Of a stretch of 64,000 nt of DNA, positions 1 through 8,871 are shown piece by piece; the first letter of the stretch is position 1; every line of letters begins with the position of its first letter. The stretch covers positions 1 through 64,000 of the IMG/VR virus record IMGVR_UViG_3300037487_001184. One strand, 5' to 3'. Both the position numbers and the translations under genes were made by a program. Under the pieces are notes generated by a model. It ran no database searches, was not told where the DNA came from, and saw only the letters and a program-made list of their open reading frames with translations. The stretch comes from a virus.

Positions 1-238
1 CCAGGTCGTCCTCGCTCCCAGGTCGTCCTCGCTCCCAGGTCGTCCTCGCTCCCAGGTCGTCCTCGCTCCCAGGTCGAGGGTCGCTCCCAGGTCGTCCTCG
101 CTCCCAGGTCGAGGGTCGCTCCCAGGTCGAGGGTCGCTCCCAGGTCGTCCTCGCTCCCAGGTCGAGGGTCGCTCCCAGGTCGAGGGTCGCTCCCAGGTCG
201 AGGGTCGCTCCCAGGTCGTCCTCGCTCCCAGGTCGACC
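1..238. repeat. GC-rich tandem repeat of two interleaved units, CCCAGGTCGTCCTCGCT (17 bp) and CCCAGGTCGAGGGTCGCT (18 bp); 13 units plus a partial, running off the window edge
   Basis: Read directly; order A A A A B A B B A B B B A, then CCCAGGTCGACC. Confidence 0.97.
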
Positions 239-837
239 TTGCGCGCTTGATCAGGGTCGCGGGGGCGCGACGACCGACATTATCGACCCTCGCGATCGCT
301 GGGAACGTCTGATTGCTAGCAAAAAACGATGTGAGATACTGTGTTTAGGGAGGAACGATGCAATGCAAATTGCAACGACCCCGCTCAACATAGACCACAC
401 CCTCGAAACGGTGTAAGCTGCTAGATTTGTGCGTGTGTTCAGGGGAATATGCCTGTACCACAACACCGCTCATCTAAAAGGACACTAGCAATACTTCCAC
501 ACTATTAAAGGACTGGCTGTGGACACAGGAACCCGCTTAGGGACTAAAAGCCATAATTGGTAGTTATGGCTCCTCTAAGGGACAACTGTGCTGCCTTCAC
601 ACTAAAAGACCCCGCTTAAGTTCCTATAATGGGGGAATTGCCACAGAAAAAGGCAAGAAAACTTAGTGGACCACGTTAAATGGTAAAAGGCAATACCGCT
701 AAGTGTTGCCAGATGGAACGACGATACTAATAAGCTTAGCTTAAAAACCTCTTTGGGAAGGGTACCTCACTTTAGAGCTACCCTTTACCCTTCTTTTTCT
801 TTAACGGTGTTTTAAGTAACTGTTAAAGGAGCGACTA

Positions 838-1071
838 ATGAATACAATAAAGACATTGCTAGGATTGGAATTAGGGTTAGCCCTAGACGCGGTAGAGCGT
901 TTACAGGGACTAACACAAACTAAAGCCACAGTAAATCGCGTAATAGCTGAAAGCAGCTACGCTATGGGACTAAAAAGGGCAATGGACCTAATCAGCAATC
1001 CTTGCTGCAGATGTATGATCACTAAAGCCGGTGCCGGATGTGTACCAGAAATGGGTGATTGTATTTTATGA
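838..1071 (+). CDS. hypothetical protein
   Basis: AAAGGAG RBS before ATG; 77 aa ORF. Confidence 0.5.
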   Translation: MNTIKTLLGLELGLALDAVERLQGLTQTKATVNRVIAESSYAMGLKRAMDLISNPCCRCMITKAGAGCVPEMGDCIL

Positions 1072-1115
1072 CTAACAGGGGGACTTCAGACCCCGTTAAA
1101 GAAAAAGAAGTGTTA

Positions 1116-1204
1116 AAGGCTTTATAGATAGGCTAACTCCTTGCCGCCCTAGCCTGCCGCTTTCTAGCGGTTAACGCGGTAGTTAGCCTACGTATAAAGT
1201 CTTT
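1116..1204 (+). other. long imperfect intergenic stem-loop (possible RNase III-type processing site)
   Basis: AAAGGCTTTATA..TAGGCTAACT pairs with AGTTAGCCTA..TATAAAGTCTTT. Confidence 0.55.
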
Positions 1205-1365
1205 GACGGATAGGCTTAACCGCTACGTTAAAGGCTAATCTAAGGGCTGGAGGTCCCTTTAATGCTGTTAAAAGGATACCCGGAGCATAATGGGCTCGCG
1301 CAAAGGCTCCGGGTTAAAACCTGAAAGCACTTTCAGGTTAAGACCGTGCTACGAAAAGGAGAATC

Positions 1366-1692
1366 ATGCTAATAAACTGTACTCCTCACCCGATTAGGCT
1401 CCAATCGGAGTTTGGGATTGAGGAGTTTCTGCCCAGCGGGATAGTACCCCGTGTAGTAGCAGAAAGAGTACTGGATGGGACGGTAGCGTGCTATCCAGTT
1501 TATGCACAGGTTTATGGTGAAGTCGAAGGACTACCGCCAATTAATAGACCTGACTTCTATATCGTAAGTGGGCTTGTATTAACAGCGTTAAAAGGTACCC
1601 GCTACGACTGTGTGGCACCTGACACTAGCCCGGAAGGCGCAATAAGGGACGCGGCTGGACGAATTACAGCCGTAAGGGGATTTGTAAGATGA
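1366..1692 (+). CDS. conserved phage protein of the N(C/L)TPH family; paralog of 16105..16443
   Basis: LINCTPH..PSG..R..GLP..YIVS..APDT motifs; AAAGGAG RBS. Confidence 0.8.
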   Translation: MLINCTPHPIRLQSEFGIEEFLPSGIVPRVVAERVLDGTVACYPVYAQVYGEVEGLPPINRPDFYIVSGLVLTALKGTRYDCVAPDTSPEGAIRDAAGRITAVRGFVR

Positions 1693-1880
1693 CGGCAGCT
1701 AGAGAGATAAAAGCCTCCAGCATAGTAGTGGAGGATAAATTAAGAGGATATTCGACCATAATCCTGAGTGATGGGTCTATGCTCAGGGTAATGAACGGTG
1801 AATTGTTAGAGGTGGAGGACTGGTCTTATAACGGTCCTCCAAGGACAGTAAAAGAACTGGAGGTATTATTGAGAAGTTGA
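1689..1880 (+). CDS. hypothetical protein
   Basis: ATGA overlap with upstream gene. Confidence 0.6.
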   Translation: MTAAREIKASSIVVEDKLRGYSTIILSDGSMLRVMNGELLEVEDWSYNGPPRTVKELEVLLRS

Positions 1881-1972
1881 GCCCTTATGCGGGGGCAATT
1901 CCTAATCGCTTCCGCGATGGGTGTTTAACACTCACTAAAGCCCTAACCAGGCTCTAAACTGGAGGTTTTTTA

Positions 1973-2173
1973 ATGAAAACATTTGGAAACGGAGTAAATG
2001 TGGACTTTTCGAAGGACGGCAAAACGGCTACCATTACAATCAATCTTGCTAAAGACTTCGGTCCGTCAAAGTCCGGTAAAACAACTCAGGTGGCGTCAAC
2101 GCTTGGTAACCCGATGATTGCAACAGTGGGAGGTAAGCAAATCTTTTTGGGGGTGAATGCTTACTCCAAATAA
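1973..2173 (+). CDS. small conserved hypothetical protein (SKSGKT..ASTxGN motif)
   Basis: GGAGG RBS; recognisable small-protein motif, function unknown. Confidence 0.75.
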   Translation: MKTFGNGVNVDFSKDGKTATITINLAKDFGPSKSGKTTQVASTLGNPMIATVGGKQIFLGVNAYSK

Positions 2174-2310
2174 TAATTCACCATCCTGAATAACGTGAAG
2201 GGGGTGGTCAACCATGTAAAAGGGGGACTAAAAACCCCCAAAACCCTGCACTATGACAGGTAATGTCATAAAGGTTTCCCTAGTACATCCAAAAAACTAG
2301 ACATGGAGAC

Positions 2311-2486
2311 TTTTAATAAGTCTCCACTGAGATAATTGTTATAAACTGAGGCATTATGGTGCACCATAATGAAGTATCCTTGGTAAGCGGTGATGAGCTT
2401 ACGCTCCAAGGGTCCGAAAGCAAGTCCTAACGGGTGCAGCTCAAGCTACCGGGTAGGCGGATTATCTCAGTGGAGACTTATTAAAA
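2311..2486. repeat. perfect 26-bp inverted repeat enclosing a structured 124-nt spacer
   Basis: TTTTAATAAGTCTCCACTGAGATAAT (2311-2336) and its exact reverse complement (2461-2486). Confidence 0.9.
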
Positions 2487-2501
2487 AAGTGGGAGGTAAA
2501 A

Positions 2502-2729
2502 ATGCAGACGACAACAATCCAGGATACCCAAATTCTGGAAGCGCGTGACCGAAGGGACCATTACGAGGAGCAAGCTGCACACGCGGCTGTTCGGTACTGT
2601 CGGGCTAAAATGCAATTCAATGACAAGGATAAAGCGTATTGGTGGCAACAGTACTTGGTGAACATTAACCAGGCTGATGCTGTGCAGGAATGTCTTAATA
2701 TTATTCTGACGGAGGAAAGCTATGCGTAA
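2502..2729 (+). CDS. hypothetical protein
   Basis: GGGAGGT RBS, 75 aa ORF. Confidence 0.7.
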   Translation: MQTTTIQDTQILEARDRRDHYEEQAAHAAVRYCRAKMQFNDKDKAYWWQQYLVNINQADAVQECLNIILTEESYA

Positions 2730-3318
2730 AATTCTAAGAAAGCTAAAAGTCCAAGGCTGGAGGATTGCCAAAAAGTATAAAGGCGGATACTCCGTGCCTG
2801 ATGGATTGATTGCGGTTAAATCAGGTAAAGCAATCGAAGTCCGGTACGTTCACTGGACTGGTAAGCTCGAAGTATGCCGTTGCATGTTCGCGTAGTAGCT
2901 AAACAGTGCAACGTGAAGGGGGTGGTCAGCGTGGCAGCAGTATTTAGACCGTGCTAAATTATATTATACTATTATTATAATCATGACCGAAGCAGCCCTC
3001 CTGTATTCCTGGGGGGTTGCTTATCACGGAGGTAATGCGTGACAACAATAATTATGAGTAATGGGTACGGAGCAGTTATAAGCTACATACCTAGAATCTC
3101 AATATCGGTAATACAGGTTGATAAGCACGGGAATTGTAAACCGTGCTATAATCAGCTCACTAATTGCAAACCGCACTATTCGGATGTAACACCGGATAGA
3201 TTGTACCCAATTCTACGGAAAATCCGTAAGTTAAAGCCGCGCGGCATAAGTAGTGATGATTACCGTGGGGAGGAAAAGCGTAGGGATTACGCACAGAAAA
3301 TTAACTAGGGGGAGTAAC

Positions 3319-4518
3319 GTGGACGAAAGACAGCTCGACCAAATGATTACTGAGCTTGGGGGAAAGCTCTACCTTGTTGGTGGGGCTGTACGTGACGCAT
3401 TAATGGGTAAAGAAGAATCCGCTGACAGGGATTACCTGGTGACAGGCGTAAGCTTCTTACCGTTTAGCAGGATTGCCGGTAAAGATTTCCCGGTGTATCT
3501 TGTGGCAATGGATGGAATCCGCTTCGGGAATCTTACGGCTCAACTTGCACTGGCAAGGACTGAACGAAAAAATGGTACAGGTTATCACGGGTTTGAAATC
3601 CAAACAGACCCTGAAATTACTGTTGAGCAAGATTTGGTTAGAAGGGATTTAACCATCAACTCTATTGCCAAGCGGGTAAGTGATGGGAAAATAATCGACC
3701 CGTACGGTGGTCGGTATGACATATTCAGGGGATTTCTGCGACATACCTCTAAGGCTTTCGCGGAAGATCCATTAAGGGTTTACAGAGTAGCTAGATTTGC
3801 TGCACAAATGGGATTTAAGGTACATCCTAGCACTAGAAAGTTAATGCTGTCCTTGAAAGAAGAATTGAAAGCACTTTCATCTGAACGGGTGTACCAGGAA
3901 ATGGTTAAAGCTCTGGTAGCACCGTATCCTGATAGATTTTTTAGAGAGTTAAACGGGCTGCTTGATGTGCATTTCCCTGAGATTCAAGCGCTAAAAGTCC
4001 CTGATAAGCATGATGGGACTGCATTTGAACACACTATGCGTATATTAAAGCGTGGTGTGGGATTGCATGAACGGTTTGCATTACTAACACATGATTTAGG
4101 TAAGGGAGTTTCTGCTGCTCCGCCTGTCCACAATGGGCACCAAAAATACACGGAGTTAATAGAGCAGTTTTCTACTAGACTCAGGATGCCTAAGAAATTA
4201 ACCACTTTCGCCTGTAAGTTCATGACGTTGCACATGAAGTTGAAAGTGCTTCATGAAATGCGACTCGGCAGGATGATACGATTGATAGAGGTAGGCACGT
4301 CTAAGTTTCTTAGACTGACCTACCTTGAGGGGGCGGGGAGATATGACAAGAGCTTATATGTTAAGCATTGCCATATCATAAAGAGGGTATTGGGAGTCAA
4401 GAAAGTTGTCACTGGAGATACACTAATCGCCAAGGGAATAGTCCCTGACAAAACCTTTGGCGAGAAGCTTCTCCAAGAGCGAGTACGAGAATACAGAAGG
4501 AGACAGAATGAATCTTAA
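3319..4518 (+). CDS. cca: tRNA nucleotidyltransferase (CCA-adding enzyme, class II) with HD-like region
   Basis: LYLVGGAVRD, DRD, ALARTERK, RRDLTINS, DPYGG, FAEDPLRVYRVARFAA and HDLGK motifs; GTG start after GGGGAG. Confidence 0.9.
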   Translation: MDERQLDQMITELGGKLYLVGGAVRDALMGKEESADRDYLVTGVSFLPFSRIAGKDFPVYLVAMDGIRFGNLTAQLALARTERKNGTGYHGFEIQTDPEITVEQDLVRRDLTINSIAKRVSDGKIIDPYGGRYDIFRGFLRHTSKAFAEDPLRVYRVARFAAQMGFKVHPSTRKLMLSLKEELKALSSERVYQEMVKALVAPYPDRFFRELNGLLDVHFPEIQALKVPDKHDGTAFEHTMRILKRGVGLHERFALLTHDLGKGVSAAPPVHNGHQKYTELIEQFSTRLRMPKKLTTFACKFMTLHMKLKVLHEMRLGRMIRLIEVGTSKFLRLTYLEGAGRYDKSLYVKHCHIIKRVLGVKKVVTGDTLIAKGIVPDKTFGEKLLQERVREYRRRQNES

Positions 4519-4906
4519 AGCTAAATTCACAAGAGAAGAGCTTGCGGAGTTGATAAAAACTTGTAAGCTAGCTTACCCAATGTCAGAAGAAGTCCGCCTG
4601 TGGAGTCTGCTTAAGGATAATGAAGGGGTGTTTGATATATGGGTTCTTACAAGTGTTTTGAAAGACCGTATGTTTGGGTTACGGCTTGTTGATTTGATGA
4701 TGCTGTACCTCAATGAATTACTGGGGTTTCATGGTGTGGAGTTTATACCTGAAATCGGTGGTGGATTCAGATTCATGTATCTAAATGCAGGTGATACTTA
4801 CAATACTACCTTCATTTGCGACTCAGCAACAAATACACTAACGATCTCTACCTATGGAGACATAGTAGAGAAATATGAAACAAGAAGAGCAAGGAGAAGA
4901 GGATGA
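4508..4906 (+). CDS. conserved phage hypothetical protein (GxHGVE..YLNAGDTY motif)
   Basis: AAGGAG RBS; motif. Confidence 0.7.
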   Translation: MNLKAKFTREELAELIKTCKLAYPMSEEVRLWSLLKDNEGVFDIWVLTSVLKDRMFGLRLVDLMMLYLNELLGFHGVEFIPEIGGGFRFMYLNAGDTYNTTFICDSATNTLTISTYGDIVEKYETRRARRRG

Positions 4907-5141
4907 CACCAGAGCAGATATTTTATTATCATTCACTAATCATTCAGGAATGGTGCGCTGAAGAACTGAGGGAATTAAGGAGACAACAAGATGAGCAAAG
5001 AAAAGAAGCGGAAATTCGAAGTGATGCTACCGCTGAAAAAAGGAACGAGCCTATCGCTTGGCAAGTTTAAGACTAGAGAAGAAGCTGAGAAGCACGAGAA
5101 AACAATCCCATTCTTATGCTACATCAGGATAGTTTAACCAC

Positions 5142-5218
5142 GTTCATGTCGTCTAAATGGAATAGGACAGCCCATCCTGTATGGGAAAATGGTGGTTCGA
5201 TCCCGCCCATGTACGCCA
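5142..5218 (+). tRNA. tRNA-like element with aberrant anticodon arm (possible Gln-CUG pseudo-tRNA)
   Basis: Acceptor GTTCATG/CATGTAC, D-arm GTCT..GGAC, T-arm GGTGG-TTCGATC-CCGCC, G+CCA end; anticodon arm CCCAT-CCTGT-ATGGG is non-canonical. Confidence 0.7.
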
Positions 5219-5459
5219 ACCAAAGTGAAGGAGCAAAGAAAATGAAATGGAAAATAGCATGTAGCACTTGGTTTATACACACAAAGAAGTTTACCTGCAA
5301 TATTGACAAACAGCTAGGCGAGTGGAGACTAACAATCTTTTCAAGAGAGTGGGATGCGGCTACCGCAAACTGGAAGGTAGTCAAGAAAGAATGGTTCAAT
5401 CTACTGAGAGAAGCTAAAGAATATGCCGAAAAATGGGTAGAAGCACAAAGGAGTGTGAA

Positions 5460-5834
5460 ATGACCGCCCCAACATTAGAACAGATTACAGAGTTGACTTC
5501 AACCGGCAAACCTTGGTACTCGGACGATAATGCAGTGAAGAGTAAGTTTGTTGTGTATAAACACGATGAAGGCAAATTCACAATGTATTTTGAATCGTAT
5601 CCACTAAACTTTTTAATACCATCTAATTTCTTCTTGGAGTTTCACCCGGCTGTGGTTCCACAACTAGTATTTGAAGTCATCTCAAAACTTATAAAACGTA
5701 TAGAGCAGCGAGAAAAACATATTTATAGAATCATAGCTACATTAGATATAGGAAACGAGGCTATGAAAGAAGGTATCACCTTGGAATTTAACCGTTGTGT
5801 CAAGTTTGTCGAAGATTTTGAGGAGGTAAAATGA
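5460..5834 (+). CDS. hypothetical protein
   Basis: ORF with RBS and coupled neighbours. Confidence 0.6.
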   Translation: MTAPTLEQITELTSTGKPWYSDDNAVKSKFVVYKHDEGKFTMYFESYPLNFLIPSNFFLEFHPAVVPQLVFEVISKLIKRIEQREKHIYRIIATLDIGNEAMKEGITLEFNRCVKFVEDFEEVK

Positions 5835-6040
5835 GTAGAGAATTTGTATGTCCTGAATGTGGCAATAATGAACTAAGTGTGGAGTTTAGGGCTGATGCAT
5901 GTATGTTTATCGAAGATGGAGTACCAATGGTTGATGAGGGTACTACCACTATAACCCATCTAGATAGTTTCTACTGTCCTAATTGTGGATGGCATACATT
6001 CTATGAGAGTGATATAACAGACAACATGCAGGAGGTATAA
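5831..6040 (+). CDS. small zinc-ribbon protein (FxCPxCGxxEL family)
   Basis: Two CxxC pairs; paralogs at 10914 and 12048. Confidence 0.75.
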   Translation: MSREFVCPECGNNELSVEFRADACMFIEDGVPMVDEGTTTITHLDSFYCPNCGWHTFYESDITDNMQEV

Positions 6041-6136
6041 TGGATGAACTAAAATATAGAATCATAGATGAAATCGAAGTTTTAGAGCATAATATAATAG
6101 AAGCGATAGAAACAAATAAAAGGCTAAGGAGGAAAG

Positions 6137-6367
6137 ATGGCATACAGATCGAAATTTGCAAGGATGGAGTTGTACGGGAAGTGCAGCACAAGGATGTGGC
6201 TGATTGCAGAGAAGCTTGAGGAGGCACTCGCAGAGATTGAAGATGAGGATATAGGGGAGAACGGAGAATATCAAACAGTATATGATGCTATACTCCAACT
6301 CTATGAGATTGCAGAGGAACTTCAAGCCGAGAACAAAATATTTCTTGACACCGAAGATTTAACGTGA
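6137..6367 (+). CDS. acidic helical hypothetical protein
   Basis: AAGGAGG RBS. Confidence 0.7.
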   Translation: MAYRSKFARMELYGKCSTRMWLIAEKLEEALAEIEDEDIGENGEYQTVYDAILQLYEIAEELQAENKIFLDTEDLT

Positions 6368-6373
6368 TATGCT
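6345..6373 (+). promoter_or_regulatory. sigma70-type promoter
   Basis: TTGACA-17 nt-TATGCT with extended -10 TG. Confidence 0.7.
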
Positions 6374-6403
6374 ATTGGGTAGAAACAAAAAAACGGAGGG
6401 ACG

Positions 6404-7600
6404 ATGAGAAACGCAAGAAAATGGCAGAAAGGGTTCTATGAGCTGCACGCAGCAATGAGAGAAGCGTGTATTAAATTTCCTTCTTTTATGACACCCATCC
6501 AACAACTTCTTTACAGTAATCAATTTCTACTTGGTAAGTCTAGCGACAATGAAGAAATGGTATCCTATTCTGATAAAGATAACCAAAGGTACAATCATGG
6601 TCGCAGAACTAAAACCACATTGGGGAGATTTCTGTCTCGAAAGATGGGTATCGAAGAAAAGTCAACTTACTTCACTGCTAACGTATTCGCAGCATTAAAT
6701 GGTGAATCTACACGATTCAAGGTGATAAAAGGCGATGCTATAAAGCAAGCCTACCGTGATTGTGTAGGTGGTTCATCTTGTATGACTGGCGGTTGCTCTG
6801 AGTATGTCCTCCTCTATGCAGAAAATCCTGATAAAATATCAATGCTGACATATGTAAACGGGGAGAAAACCTGCCGTGCCTTACTGTGGAATTGTGAAGA
6901 TAATATAAAGTATATGGATAGAATTTATCCCGATGATTGTGGTAATCACATTCAACTCTTTCGTGAATGGGCAAGTCGTAATGGATATGATACCAGGAGG
7001 TATCAAGGTGCTCCACATGATGATCAGGTTTATACACACGGAGAGAATAGTTTATATGTAAGTCTCAAATTACCATCTAATGGATATTACCCGTATATGG
7101 ATACATTCTGTTGGGGAGATAGTGCCGGAAACTTTCGGAATGAATCAGAAGATGCCGAAAGAATCTTCAACTGCACTGGTGGAGGATGGTCTAACTCTGG
7201 GACATATTGTGTATGTTGCGAAGAATACTATCATGAAGGTAATATGATTTATTCCAGGGGAGATGATGCACACATTTGTCAGGATTGTTATGATGAACAT
7301 TACTTCACTTGTGACCATTGTAATAATGTTTTCGATTCAGAGGATTGTAACGGTGAGGATGAGTGTTTATGCAGAAGTTGTTATGAGGATTTATATAGAG
7401 ATTGTGATTGTTGTAATGAATCTGTAAGACGAAATACAGTCACAGAGACAGCGGATGGATCATATGTGTGTGAAGTTTGTGTAGAAGAGATGTATTCCTG
7501 TTGTCCAGAATGTGATGAACTTCATCACTTTGATGACTTGAATGAGGACAATATATGCAAATATTGTGCAGTATTAATTGAAGAAGAGGAGGCAGCATGA
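6404..7600 (+). CDS. conserved phage protein with C-terminal Cys-rich zinc-finger repeats
   Basis: SCM..RALLW..YMDRIY..PYMDTF core, then eight CxxC pairs. Confidence 0.8.
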   Translation: MRNARKWQKGFYELHAAMREACIKFPSFMTPIQQLLYSNQFLLGKSSDNEEMVSYSDKDNQRYNHGRRTKTTLGRFLSRKMGIEEKSTYFTANVFAALNGESTRFKVIKGDAIKQAYRDCVGGSSCMTGGCSEYVLLYAENPDKISMLTYVNGEKTCRALLWNCEDNIKYMDRIYPDDCGNHIQLFREWASRNGYDTRRYQGAPHDDQVYTHGENSLYVSLKLPSNGYYPYMDTFCWGDSAGNFRNESEDAERIFNCTGGGWSNSGTYCVCCEEYYHEGNMIYSRGDDAHICQDCYDEHYFTCDHCNNVFDSEDCNGEDECLCRSCYEDLYRDCDCCNESVRRNTVTETADGSYVCEVCVEEMYSCCPECDELHHFDDLNEDNICKYCAVLIEEEEAA

Positions 7601-8526
7601 AAGGCAAGAGACAAGAAGCTGCGGATAGAGCAGCTAAAGTAATAAGAAGGTTAATTGATTTTAAGGAGTTCAAACGATGCTGTGATGCTAGCGAAGTAGA
7701 GTTGACACAAGGTTTTGAGATGCTCGGTACCAACAATAGACCGTGTTTCTATTTAGATAACAATTCAACAATACTAGCTGTAGCACATCTGGATTCTGTG
7801 CAGGATTCGGACCATTTTAAGCACACAATAGTAGGGGATGAGACATTTGTATTCAGCCCCGTTTTGGATGATAGAGCGGGAGTATATATCATTCTGGATT
7901 TGCTCCCTAAATTAGGAATAAATGTTGATGTGCTTCTCACTACTGGTGAGGAGACTGGATCATCAACAGCATCAGAGTTCTACACGAGTAAGAAGTATAT
8001 GTGGGGTGTAGAGTTCGACCGTGGTGGGCATGATGTAGTGACCTATGACTTTGATAATAAAGCATGGGAAGCAAGGATAAAAGAGGCTGGTTTCAAAATG
8101 GGGAGTGGAACCTTCTCTGATATATCCCGACTGGAAGAGATTGGATGTTCATTCATGAACATAGGGATAGGGTCCTACGATGGTCACAGTAAGAGAGCTT
8201 ACTTGATAGTAGAAGAAATGATTGATAACCTGGCTAACTTTTTCGTATTCCATGAGCTTCACAAAGAGAGGCATTTTCCTCACGTATATGTTGAGAATAA
8301 ATGGAATAAATGGGATGGTATATATGGTTATGGTGGAACTGGTTACACATACAAATCAAAGACTGGAAGTTTAGTAGAAGTATATACAAGCAAAGGTAGA
8401 CTCCCACACTGGTCATCAACTGAACCTAGAGTACCTGACAAAGACGAATACCCTACAGTTTGGGATGAGGATGATATTGCAAATAACTGGGAATCTGATA
8501 ATACAAAATGGATGGAAGGTCTTTAA
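7597..8526 (+). CDS. zinc-dependent peptidase, M28/M20-like
   Basis: AHLD, LDDRAG, GEETG, EFDR and C-terminal His metal-binding motifs. Confidence 0.8.
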   Translation: MKGKRQEAADRAAKVIRRLIDFKEFKRCCDASEVELTQGFEMLGTNNRPCFYLDNNSTILAVAHLDSVQDSDHFKHTIVGDETFVFSPVLDDRAGVYIILDLLPKLGINVDVLLTTGEETGSSTASEFYTSKKYMWGVEFDRGGHDVVTYDFDNKAWEARIKEAGFKMGSGTFSDISRLEEIGCSFMNIGIGSYDGHSKRAYLIVEEMIDNLANFFVFHELHKERHFPHVYVENKWNKWDGIYGYGGTGYTYKSKTGSLVEVYTSKGRLPHWSSTEPRVPDKDEYPTVWDEDDIANNWESDNTKWMEGL

Positions 8527-8871
8527 TAGAGCGGGAGGGTTTATCGTTAATTAACAACGGGGGTTTGTGAAAATGCGTGATTATGAGCAGCTAATTCGCG
8601 GCTATAATAAAGAACTAGCCGATACACAGGAAGTGTGGAATTACTCAAATGAGATACACATTCTGGATTTACATCTTGAAGAAAAAAAGGCTCTAAGAGT
8701 GGAGGACCAAGACGGATGGAGCGATGAGGATTTTTATGAGGAGGGTTACTACGATGAAACTGAAGAAGGAGAAGAAGTGGTATACCTGGAGCAGATTCAC
8801 TCAAGTTTTCTATAAAAAGAAAGCCTATAACCGTCGAATCTTAAAAGAGAAATTAAAAAAGGAGGCAGAAC

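Noticed and set aside
1-238. CRISPR or coding repeat
   Set aside because: No unique spacers; mixed 17/18-bp units would break a reading frame
2388-2430. Hammerhead ribozyme (TGATGAG...CGAAA...GTC)
   Set aside because: Core reads GTGATGA rather than CTGATGA, and stems II/III could not be formed convincingly
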